Made by a program: the position numbers and the translations under genes | The notes under the pieces: model-generated | Seen by the model: the letters and a program-made list of their open reading frames with translations, nothing else | Told to the model about the DNA's origin: nothing | Databases searched by the model: none | Part shown: piece by piece, positions 10,263-18,098 of the stretch | Position numbering within the stretch: the stretch's first letter is position 1 | How the letters are laid out: each line of letters begins with the position of its first letter | Source: Candidatus Saccharimonadota bacterium | Lineage (GTDB): Bacteria > Patescibacteriota > Saccharimonadia > CAILAD01 > BJGX01 | NCBI GenBank assembly: GCA_035329105.1 | Contig: DAOLHK010000002.1 | Coordinates: 5,557 to 69,556, forward strand | DNA: 64,000 bases | Direction of reading: 5' to 3'

Positions 10263-10394
10263 AGAATTGGCTCTTTGACTTCGGAAATTTCTGAAGTTAA
10301 GGAGCCTTTCTCATATTAATCAATCGCTTAAGAGTCTAGGATTAATGTCATCATATTTTCCAAGAATAATAATACTATTTATATTAATAAAATA

Positions 10395-11069
10395 TTAGAA
10401 ATCTATTAAATCGGGTCTATTGGCTTTGGTCTTTATGATAGCCTGTTCTTTGCGCCATTGATTGATTTGGGCATGGTTACCACTTCTTAATACATCAGGT
10501 ACTTTTTTACCTCTGAAATCTTCAGGTCGAGTGTACTGGGGATATTCTAGTAACCCAGCTGAGAATGACTCGTCTTTATTAGACTGATCATCACCTAGCA
10601 CACCTGGAATGAGTCGTACTACACTATCTACGATAGCCATGGCAGGTATCTCACCACCAGTTAGTACGAAGTCACCCAAAGATATCTCGTGGTCAACAAT
10701 ACTCATTATACGCTCGTCGAATCCTTCATAATGACCACATAGTATTATTAAGCACTCTTCTTTGACTAAGTTTTTTGCCATTGTTTGGTTGTATTTCTTA
10801 CCCCTCGGAGTAGTGATAATGACTTTACTGTTTTTCTCTTTTTTCTGGATTGACTCAACAGCATCAAAGATCGGCTCAGGCTTTAGCACCATCCCAGCAC
10901 CTCCACCATACGGCGTGTCATCCACTGTATTTCTTGGTCCAATGCCAAACTCTCGCAAATCAACCAACTCATACTCAACCAGCTTTTGATCTTGAGCCTT
11001 TGCAAGCATAGACATACCAATCACTGGCCTAAACATGTCCGAAAATAATGTAACTATATAAATTTTCAT
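10395..11069 (-). CDS. trmD: tRNA (guanine37-N1)-methyltransferase
   Basis: N-terminus MKIYIVTLFSDMF, the YGGGAGMVLKPEPI motif, and a SPOUT-class fold. Confidence 0.9.
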   Translation of the reverse strand: MKIYIVTLFSDMFRPVIGMSMLAKAQDQKLVEYELVDLREFGIGPRNTVDDTPYGGGAGMVLKPEPIFDAVESIQKKEKNSKVIITTPRGKKYNQTMAKNLVKEECLIILCGHYEGFDERIMSIVDHEISLGDFVLTGGEIPAMAIVDSVVRLIPGVLGDDQSNKDESFSAGLLEYPQYTRPEDFRGKKVPDVLRSGNHAQINQWRKEQAIIKTKANRPDLIDF

Positions 11070-11108
11070 AAAATTAGCAAACAGAATATGAGGATAAGAT
11101 ACTGTATA

Positions 11109-11537
11109 CTAGATGTCTGTATCTAGATCTTCAATACCTTCCCTGGCCTTTGCTTTGATATCAGCAACTCTGTTGTCAGTATCGTTTTCAGAAGTCTCTT
11201 CTTCACTATCTTCTGATAATTGACTAGATTCATCGTGATCGCTAGGTTCTTTGTTGCTGCTCTCTGAGTGGTTTCTATCCGAACCCTCTGGCTCTGCAAT
11301 CTTGAGATTGTATCGGGCATCGTCTTTCGCGCCAAGTACTCTTAGCAGAGTTCGTATCGACTTCGCTGTAGCACCACCCTTACCAATTATCTTACCCATA
11401 TCGCTTGGATCGACACTCAATTCCAACAATACACCCCTATCGTCTACTGTTCTGGTTATGACAACTTTGTCTGGATTGTCTACTAGTTCTTTGACAACAT
11501 ATTCAACAAATTCTTGATCTTTATGTGTTTCACTCAT
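11109..11537 (-). CDS. KH-domain RNA-binding protein (YlqC/UPF0109 family) with an acidic C-terminal tail
   Basis: IGKGGATAKSIRTLL is a KH GXXG loop. The gene sits in the conserved position between rpsP and trmD. Confidence 0.75.
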   Translation of the reverse strand: MSETHKDQEFVEYVVKELVDNPDKVVITRTVDDRGVLLELSVDPSDMGKIIGKGGATAKSIRTLLRVLGAKDDARYNLKIAEPEGSDRNHSESSNKEPSDHDESSQLSEDSEEETSENDTDNRVADIKAKAREGIEDLDTDI

Positions 11538-11632
11538 TTCAGAATCTCCTTTGATATTAACTTAATAATTACATTATACAATCACAATGTGTTTTTAGCA
11601 AAATATTTTCAAAGTCTGATATTTTGGCTTTA

Positions 11633-12145
11633 CTATTCTTTTGATTGAGATTCTAAAGTTTTTTCAACAGCATCGGCTACTTTCTCGGTAACCTCAGCTT
11701 GTTCTTTTAGGTCTTCGGCTTCTTTTTGAGTACCTACATCATTTTTGATCTGCTCAGCTTTGTCCTGAGATTTATCAGTACTTGCTTGTGCAACTTCATC
11801 AGTAGCTTCTGGTGTTTCTTCTGTAGTTTCTGAAGAATCTGCTTTTTCTGAAGATTCATCTACTTCTTTTTTGGTCTTTTTAAACCGATCGTGGGTCTTC
11901 GCCCACTTTGGAAGATCGATGCCTTCTTTGATAAATATCCTAAGAACTCTATCAGAAGCTTGGGCTCCGTTGTCTAAATACTTTTGAATCTCTTCTTTTT
12001 TTAGGTTCACCTGTTTGGTATGTGGATTGTAAGTCCCAAGTATTGCTAAGAATTTAGAAGTAACTGCACGTCTTTTATCTGCAGCTACTATTCTGTATGT
12101 TGGATATTTATGACGACCGTGTCTGGCCAAACGAATTACTACCAT
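11633..12145 (-). CDS. rpsP: 30S ribosomal protein S16 with a charged C-terminal extension
   Basis: N-terminus MVVIRLARHGRHKYPTYRIVAADKRRAVTSKFLAILGTYNPHT. Confidence 0.9.
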   Translation of the reverse strand: MVVIRLARHGRHKYPTYRIVAADKRRAVTSKFLAILGTYNPHTKQVNLKKEEIQKYLDNGAQASDRVLRIFIKEGIDLPKWAKTHDRFKKTKKEVDESSEKADSSETTEETPEATDEVAQASTDKSQDKAEQIKNDVGTQKEAEDLKEQAEVTEKVADAVEKTLESQSKE

Positions 12146-12213
12146 TTAGTTCCTGATTAAAGTTAATATTTATCTTAATTTGACTTTTGTACAAATCAAT
12201 ACGAATACAGACT

Positions 12214-12243
12214 ATTTTACCTGTAAATTAGCATATTTGTCAA
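12214..12243 (-). promoter_or_regulatory. putative sigma-70 promoter of the rpsP-KH-trmD operon
   Basis: On the minus strand: TTGACA - 18 nt - TAAAAT, about 60 nt upstream of the rpsP ATG. Confidence 0.4.
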
Positions 12244-12245
12244 TA

Positions 12246-14696
12246 CTAATTGGTCAACGTATATTCTTTGGCTGCTTGTAAATCAAGACCTAGTATCTCT
12301 GTACTATTGTTCTTTGAGCTTGTGATTCCAAACAGACTATTGGCGGTCTGCATCGTTTCTTGATTATGAGTAATAAGAATCACTTGAGAATGCTTTGCTA
12401 TTTCTGATAAAACCTTGGTAAACCTTTGAGAGTTTTCGTCATCTAGTGCTGCATCTACTTCATCCAGTACTATAAACGGACTTGGGTTATTAACTATAAT
12501 AGCTGATAGAAGCGCTATGGCGGCAAGAGCCTTTTCTCCGCCAGACAATGTATTGATATATCTGCTGCGCTTTCCAGGGGGGCTGACACGTATCTCGATG
12601 CCATAATCGCCCTCTAGGCTTTCGAGCTCCAATGCAGCATGGCCACCGCCAAATAAAGTCTTGAAATACATTTCAAAGGATTGATTGATCTTCTTAAATG
12701 ATTTTTCAAACTGTTTCTTTATATCATCTTGGAGTGATTCTATAAGGTTATTGGTATCTTTTATGGCATTCTGGAGATCTTTTTGCTGTTCTTTTAAAAA
12801 TTCTATTCTTGCACTAGACTCTCTGGCTTTGTCAATTATAGTTGGGTCCATCTCTTCTATAGATCTAAGTTCTACTGTGAGATTCTCTATGTCGCTAAGC
12901 GAATAAATTTTGCTCGTGGTAGGCATATATTTATCATAGTTTCTGATAGTCCAGTTATTTGCTTTCTCATCTAGATTTAATAAATTAATATTATTTTCTT
13001 CCAAATCTTTATTGAGCTGTTCAATGCCAAAATCCAATCTAGCTTTGGAGCTAATAAGACCTTCCAGCTCAGTTCCGTTTTGTAAATGTTTGTTTTTATT
13101 TTCATTGGAGCTATATAAGTTCTTACGCAACTCTTCTGTCTGAATGTTTACTCTTGCAAGTTCTTTTTCTATCTTACTTACATTGGATTGATATTTTTTT
13201 ATGTCTGAGTTGAGTTTATTTATTCTATTTGACTGTTCATTTAGATCGTCAAGTGTTTTGGTTAAGTCCTCTTGCAAACTTTTGTTTGCACTCAGATCCA
13301 ATTCCAAAGATCTCAAAAGTATTATATCCCTGGTCTGCTTTTCAATAATTTCTTCACGTCTGGACATGGTGCGTCCGATGGTATTTTGTAACTTACTAAA
13401 ACTAAGCGCCATTTCCGCAGCATCATCTTGTTCTGCTAAATCCAATATCTTTGTTATTTTTAGAATTATATCGTCAATCACTTTCCTTGATTTGCTCTGT
13501 CTGAGCTGTACTCGCGCTTCTTTAGCTAAACTTAAGGCGTGTAAGATATATTCCTTCTTTTGGCTTTTGCTTATTTGGAGTTGTAAAAAATCTAAATTTT
13601 TATTCAACCCCGAAAGCGAATCAGTAAGCTTATCGACTAATTTTTGTAGTTTTTTTATTTCACTATTTCTAGTATTAATTTCATAATCCAAACGAATTTT
13701 AGCAGCACTCAGTTTTTTGATTTCATTCTCAATAGATTTTTTTCTATTTAGATTTGGCTGAATAGATTCTTTTTCAGTTATCAGCTGCTCTAATTCACTC
13801 TTGTTTTCATACAGTTTTTTGGTAAGTTCATCTCTTCTGTTTTCAAGTACTTTTAGTTTATCAGCCTTATTGCTTATCGTATTACTATCTTTTTGAGAGA
13901 TATTTGAAGCCGCTTTAATATTTGATATTTTCTTTTCTATATCAGTCAATTCTGCTGAGCTAGTTTTTATTTGTTCGATAATAGTTTTTTTGTTTTTCTG
14001 GAGCATATCATACTGATGCTTGAGAAATGATTTTCGTGCAGTATAGAGCTTGTCTTTGATATCTTTTGCCCTTGACTGTGTTTCACTTTGTTTTTTTAGT
14101 ATCGATACAGCTGGACTTAGCTCGGATATGATAGTATTGACACTATCTAGATTGGTAATGGCTGACTTTAAGACCCTATATGCTTCCTCACGTCTTATAT
14201 CATACTGTCTTATACCGCTAGCTTCATCAAAAAGCATTTTCCTTTCAGATCCTGTGGAGGTCAGTATCTTATCTATCATGCCCTGGGCCACTACTGTGTA
14301 TGTTTTTGTACCAAATCCATTTTTTGCCAATAGCTCTTCTACGACCGAATAACGTACTTTTTTACCATTAAGAGTAAGTTCACTTTCACCTGACCTATAA
14401 AGCTTGCGTGATATTACAATATCATCTGAACCATCACCTTCGGTAAGTACAATACTTACTTGGGCCATACTGGCCTTGCGGCTATTCTTGGTACCGTGAA
14501 AAATCACATCTTCTGCCTTAGCCACCCTTAGCTTGGTAGGCTTTTGTTCACCCAAGACCCACTTGATGGCATCAGCTATATTACTTTTACCAGAGCCATT
14601 TGGTCCAATGATAGCTGTGATGCCTGGCTTAAATTGAAGCTGATTCTTATTCTCAAATGACTTAAATCCTGCAACTTCTAGTTTGCCTATTCGCAC
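12246..14696 (-). CDS. smc: SMC-family chromosome segregation ATPase (short, no obvious hinge)
   Basis: N-terminus FKSFENKNQLQFKPGITAIIGPNGSGKSNIADAIKWVLGEQ with a Walker A. C-terminus LSGGEKALAAIALLSAIIVNNPSPFIVLDEVDAALD carries the signature and Walker B. Long coiled-coil between them. Only 816 aa. Confidence 0.75.
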   Translation of the reverse strand: MRIGKLEVAGFKSFENKNQLQFKPGITAIIGPNGSGKSNIADAIKWVLGEQKPTKLRVAKAEDVIFHGTKNSRKASMAQVSIVLTEGDGSDDIVISRKLYRSGESELTLNGKKVRYSVVEELLAKNGFGTKTYTVVAQGMIDKILTSTGSERKMLFDEASGIRQYDIRREEAYRVLKSAITNLDSVNTIISELSPAVSILKKQSETQSRAKDIKDKLYTARKSFLKHQYDMLQKNKKTIIEQIKTSSAELTDIEKKISNIKAASNISQKDSNTISNKADKLKVLENRRDELTKKLYENKSELEQLITEKESIQPNLNRKKSIENEIKKLSAAKIRLDYEINTRNSEIKKLQKLVDKLTDSLSGLNKNLDFLQLQISKSQKKEYILHALSLAKEARVQLRQSKSRKVIDDIILKITKILDLAEQDDAAEMALSFSKLQNTIGRTMSRREEIIEKQTRDIILLRSLELDLSANKSLQEDLTKTLDDLNEQSNRINKLNSDIKKYQSNVSKIEKELARVNIQTEELRKNLYSSNENKNKHLQNGTELEGLISSKARLDFGIEQLNKDLEENNINLLNLDEKANNWTIRNYDKYMPTTSKIYSLSDIENLTVELRSIEEMDPTIIDKARESSARIEFLKEQQKDLQNAIKDTNNLIESLQDDIKKQFEKSFKKINQSFEMYFKTLFGGGHAALELESLEGDYGIEIRVSPPGKRSRYINTLSGGEKALAAIALLSAIIVNNPSPFIVLDEVDAALDDENSQRFTKVLSEIAKHSQVILITHNQETMQTANSLFGITSSKNNSTEILGLDLQAAKEYTLTN

Positions 14697-14793
14697 TAGA
14701 ATCTCCTTACATTAGTTATTACATATTGTAGCTTAGAGCAGTTATGTTTAGCAATTATTGGATAAAATAAAACAACTCAAGTAAATATTGAAA

Positions 14794-15573
14794 TTATCTT
14801 GAGTTGCTCTGAAGCACTTCAGAGTTGATGATATTTTTGATTAGCTCCAGCACACCAATATCATTGACCATCAACACATGACCAGCCTTGAAAGCCAATA
14901 GCTCAATTTCTTCTGGTATTCTACCGTGTAGATGGTGATGAATGTTTGGGTGTGCTGCAAGGTATTTATGGACCATTGGCCCATTTGGATGAGCTGAACG
15001 GCTCGGGATGACGAATCTGTCATCCGTTGCGATGATGGAGTGAGTCGTAGGTCCAGAGTTCTGTGCTTCAAGATATCTACTCAGCCGTCTAAGAATCTCA
15101 CTATCACTAGACAAGTCCCGCACAACAGGTACAAAACTACCTACTAGCTTGGACAATCTAGACCTTGGTAGATTAGGCTTGAGCTGTACTACCCCTCTTG
15201 TGAACTGTCCTATGCCCTCAATAGCCAGTTTTATGGCCATACTTTGGGGATCAGTCCATGCCGTACCCTTGTAGGGTCCTGCAAGAGCAATTACAGTCAA
15301 TACTCTTTCTGGATATCTCATCGCCAATAGACCGGCGATAATTGCTCCCTGTGAATGACCAATCAATATTCTTGGCCCATGGCTTTTATCGAAATAAGTT
15401 GTGGCAATTTTATCAGTAGCCACCTCGATATCGCCTAGACCTAGATGTTGTATTGAGGTATATTGCGTATCAATACCCATGCTCTCCGGTACTGATATGA
15501 TGTTGCCATAATAGGGGCGCTCGCAAATCCAAGCTGCTAGCGTCCCGCCGATTACAAGGCATTCAATGCTCAT
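14794..15573 (-). CDS. alpha/beta-hydrolase (esterase/lipase-like)
   Basis: GHSQG nucleophile elbow (ILIGHSQGAIIAGLLAMRYPERV). Start taken at the internal M (MSIECLVIGG). Confidence 0.6.
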   Translation of the reverse strand: MSIECLVIGGTLAAWICERPYYGNIISVPESMGIDTQYTSIQHLGLGDIEVATDKIATTYFDKSHGPRILIGHSQGAIIAGLLAMRYPERVLTVIALAGPYKGTAWTDPQSMAIKLAIEGIGQFTRGVVQLKPNLPRSRLSKLVGSFVPVVRDLSSDSEILRRLSRYLEAQNSGPTTHSIIATDDRFVIPSRSAHPNGPMVHKYLAAHPNIHHHLHGRIPEEIELLAFKAGHVLMVNDIGVLELIKNIINSEVLQSNSR

Positions 15574-15674
15574 CGTTACTCCTAAGAGCTCGTAGGAACG
15601 CAGCACTTTAAGCTGTTACCTATTATCTTACTCTACTTCACGAGTATTTTGTACAAATCGTAACAATAATTACC

Positions 15675-16394
15675 CTACTTCTTAATTGGTTTCTTGAGTT
15701 TTTTTAGACCACTTAGTGCTGCTGCTTGTTGAGCAGTTTGCTTACTATTACCAGAGCCTTCACCAAATTTTTCTTTACCTAGATATACTCCCATGATAAA
15801 AGTTTTGTCGTGATCTGGTCCACTTTCATCGAGCACCTTGTATATGGGTGTAATACCTTTCTTTTCTTGAGCCAATTCTTGAAAATTACTCTTAGCATCA
15901 ATATATGCGCCGGTCTTTATGATTTCTACTAGATTAGTGATCAAATTGGTTTCAATAAATTCTTTGGCGGTATCATATCCTTTATCTAGATATATTGCAC
16001 CAATATTTGCTTCTACTAAATTCGCGAGTAATGCTTGTCGGGTTCTGCCGCCAGTTTTTGCCTCCCCTCTACTCATCAGCAAGAACTGTCCAATATTTAG
16101 CTTGTCTGCAAGCTCTGCCAAAGACTCTGTTTTTACCAGTGCCGATCGCCAGGCAGTCAATTCGCCCTCTGGATTGGTATAGTTACGGTACAGATAATCT
16201 GTTACTACTAGTTCCAACACTGCATCACCTAAAAACTCTAGTCGTTCATTGTGCTCAAGCTTTGCCTTTCGATGCTCATTGATATAGCTCCTATGTGTGT
16301 AAGCTGTTTTTAGTAATTCTCTATTTTCAAACTTGACCTTGAGAATTTCTTCGATTTTTACCTGATCAAAAACCATTTTTAAATCTTGTACCAC
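15675..16394 (-). CDS. rnc: ribonuclease III
   Basis: ERLEFLGDAVLELVVTDYLY signature plus a C-terminal dsRBD. Confidence 0.9.
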   Translation of the reverse strand: MVQDLKMVFDQVKIEEILKVKFENRELLKTAYTHRSYINEHRKAKLEHNERLEFLGDAVLELVVTDYLYRNYTNPEGELTAWRSALVKTESLAELADKLNIGQFLLMSRGEAKTGGRTRQALLANLVEANIGAIYLDKGYDTAKEFIETNLITNLVEIIKTGAYIDAKSNFQELAQEKKGITPIYKVLDESGPDHDKTFIMGVYLGKEKFGEGSGNSKQTAQQAAALSGLKKLKKPIKK

Positions 16395-17059
16395 TTTTTA
16401 ATTCTATTGATTGCTTCGCGCATAATTACTTTGGTAGCCTTATACTCTAGAATATCATAAGCTTGCTCAGCTTCAAACCACTGGACATCTACTATCCAAG
16501 GTACATCTTCCTCAGTTTGCATTTTTTCACTCAGATCAGTGGACTCTATTAAAAATATGAAATTCGTCATAAATATCAGCTTACCGTTGAGTCGATAAAA
16601 AAAATGGATTTTATCAAGTTGAGATATAATCTTTAAGCTCTTGAGATTGGTCTCTTCACTTACTTCACGTATGGCTGTTTGCTTGGCTGTTTCGCCAGAC
16701 TCAATGTGTCCTTTAGGTAGACTCCATCTAGCTTTCAAATCTTGTAAGAGAGCAATCTCAATAGTTTTGTCTTTGACGATTCTAAACACTATACCGCCGC
16801 TGGTATATTCTCTGACAGCTTTAGCCCTTGGTGGTCGCTGGGCTCCATGTCGTTTTTTCTTGTTACTTTTCTTATGTACTGACTTATTTGTCTGATTCGG
16901 TTGATTCAGACTTGGACTTTCCTTTTGACTTTGGTTTGTCGCTTGAGGATTCTTGTTCAGCTTGTAGTTTTTTGTCTTCTTTTGGTTCATAAAATTCACT
17001 ATTTCTATATATTGTACCAAGCACACCATTAATGAATTTGCTTGAGTTTTCTCCCCCAA
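16379..17059 (-). CDS. NUDIX hydrolase with a basic low-complexity N-terminal extension
   Basis: Nudix box GHIESGETAKQTAIREVSEETNL. The start is uncertain: the N-terminal extension overlaps the 3' end of nusB by up to 175 nt. Confidence 0.65.
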   Translation of the reverse strand: MGEKTQANSLMVCLVQYIEIVNFMNQKKTKNYKLNKNPQATNQSQKESPSLNQPNQTNKSVHKKSNKKKRHGAQRPPRAKAVREYTSGGIVFRIVKDKTIEIALLQDLKARWSLPKGHIESGETAKQTAIREVSEETNLKSLKIISQLDKIHFFYRLNGKLIFMTNFIFLIESTDLSEKMQTEEDVPWIVDVQWFEAEQAYDILEYKATKVIMREAINRIKKWYKI

Positions 17060-17423
17060 ATGACTTAGCCAGCTCGACTGCTTCGTTGATGGCTACTTTG
17101 GGCGGAACTTCTTTGGCAAACATTAGCTCATATACAGCCAATCGCAATATAGTCTTGTCGACTTTGGCAATTTGTTCGATTGGCCATTCAGGAGCTGCCG
17201 GTGCTATTATGTCATCTATCTTTTCTTTTTCTTTCAGTGTGTTCTTGACCAAACCTACTGTAAAGTCTGTTTCCTCCAACGAATCTGCATAAACCGCCAA
17301 ATTACGATTGAGTATCTCATCGATATCCGTTTTCAAATCAGCCATTTCTAAGCTGATTCGGAAATCGTATTCGTATAGTGTTTGTAATGCAATAATACGT
17401 GCTAGGTGTCTGTTAGATGCCAT
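16884..17423 (-). CDS. nusB: transcription antitermination factor NusB with a basic C-terminal tail
   Basis: ARIIALQTLYEYDF with NusB helical-bundle conservation. Confidence 0.8.
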   Translation of the reverse strand: MASNRHLARIIALQTLYEYDFRISLEMADLKTDIDEILNRNLAVYADSLEETDFTVGLVKNTLKEKEKIDDIIAPAAPEWPIEQIAKVDKTILRLAVYELMFAKEVPPKVAINEAVELAKSFGGENSSKFINGVLGTIYRNSEFYEPKEDKKLQAEQESSSDKPKSKGKSKSESTESDK

Positions 17424-17479
17424 AATGATTACCTGTTAATGTAATTGTAACGTACTTTTTTCAACTATTGTTGAAATAA

Positions 17480-17650
17480 TTAAATGTTTTTTCTAATTCG
17501 TGCGATGTTTAGGGATGCTGCACGATGTAGTCTGCGGGGTAGATTGAGCTTTGAATTCTTTTCATACATCAATTGTAACGGTTTGACACTATCATGGCTT
17601 CGTCTTTGGCCACGAGTACTAGAAGTACGACGTTTTTTTGGTACTGGCAT
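17480..17650 (-). CDS. rpmF: 50S ribosomal protein L32
   Basis: MPVPKKRRTSSTRGQRRSHDSVKP. I used the internal ATG at 17650; the track ORF extends to 17728. Confidence 0.8.
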   Translation of the reverse strand: MPVPKKRRTSSTRGQRRSHDSVKPLQLMYEKNSKLNLPRRLHRAASLNIARIRKNI

Positions 17651-17663
17651 AAGTATGTCCTTT

Positions 17664-18056
17664 CTATAGTTTGTTTGATTTGATACCGGAGCATTTTTCA
17701 GAACATATCTGTTGCAATGGTAGTCCAAAAAGTATCTCTTGCCTTATGGTTTCTTCGACATCTATATCATTTTTGTCGATTGGCCACTCATCTTCGCTAG
17801 GATCATCACTATATAGTGCATGAAAATTGAGCTTTATGAGGCTTTGATATTTTTTGAGACATCGATTACAGTTCAACAAAATTACTACATTTCCAGTAAC
17901 GTGAGCATCGAATGATTCGTGACTAATTTTTGTTAATTTTACATCAAACGTGACTGGATTTAAAAGTTCAATATCATCTAGTTGAGAGATATCTAGCTTT
18001 AGCGTCTTTTGTGACCCATCGTTTTGACGGGAGAGTCCTAGAATGCTAATCGGCAT
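17664..18056 (-). CDS. yceD: YceD/DUF177 family protein
   Basis: C-terminal CNRC...C...C pattern, and the conserved position immediately upstream of rpmF. Confidence 0.7.
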   Translation of the reverse strand: MPISILGLSRQNDGSQKTLKLDISQLDDIELLNPVTFDVKLTKISHESFDAHVTGNVVILLNCNRCLKKYQSLIKLNFHALYSDDPSEDEWPIDKNDIDVEETIRQEILFGLPLQQICSEKCSGIKSNKL

Positions 18057-18098
18057 TTCACATATAACTGTAGCATAATATTGGCCTAATTACAAGTA

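Noticed and set aside
9290-10300. The GNAT gene as an integron cassette with an attC site
   Set aside because: The downstream hairpin (acttcggaaatttctgaagt) lacks the RYYYAAC / GTTRRRY core sites. No integrase gene lies nearby.
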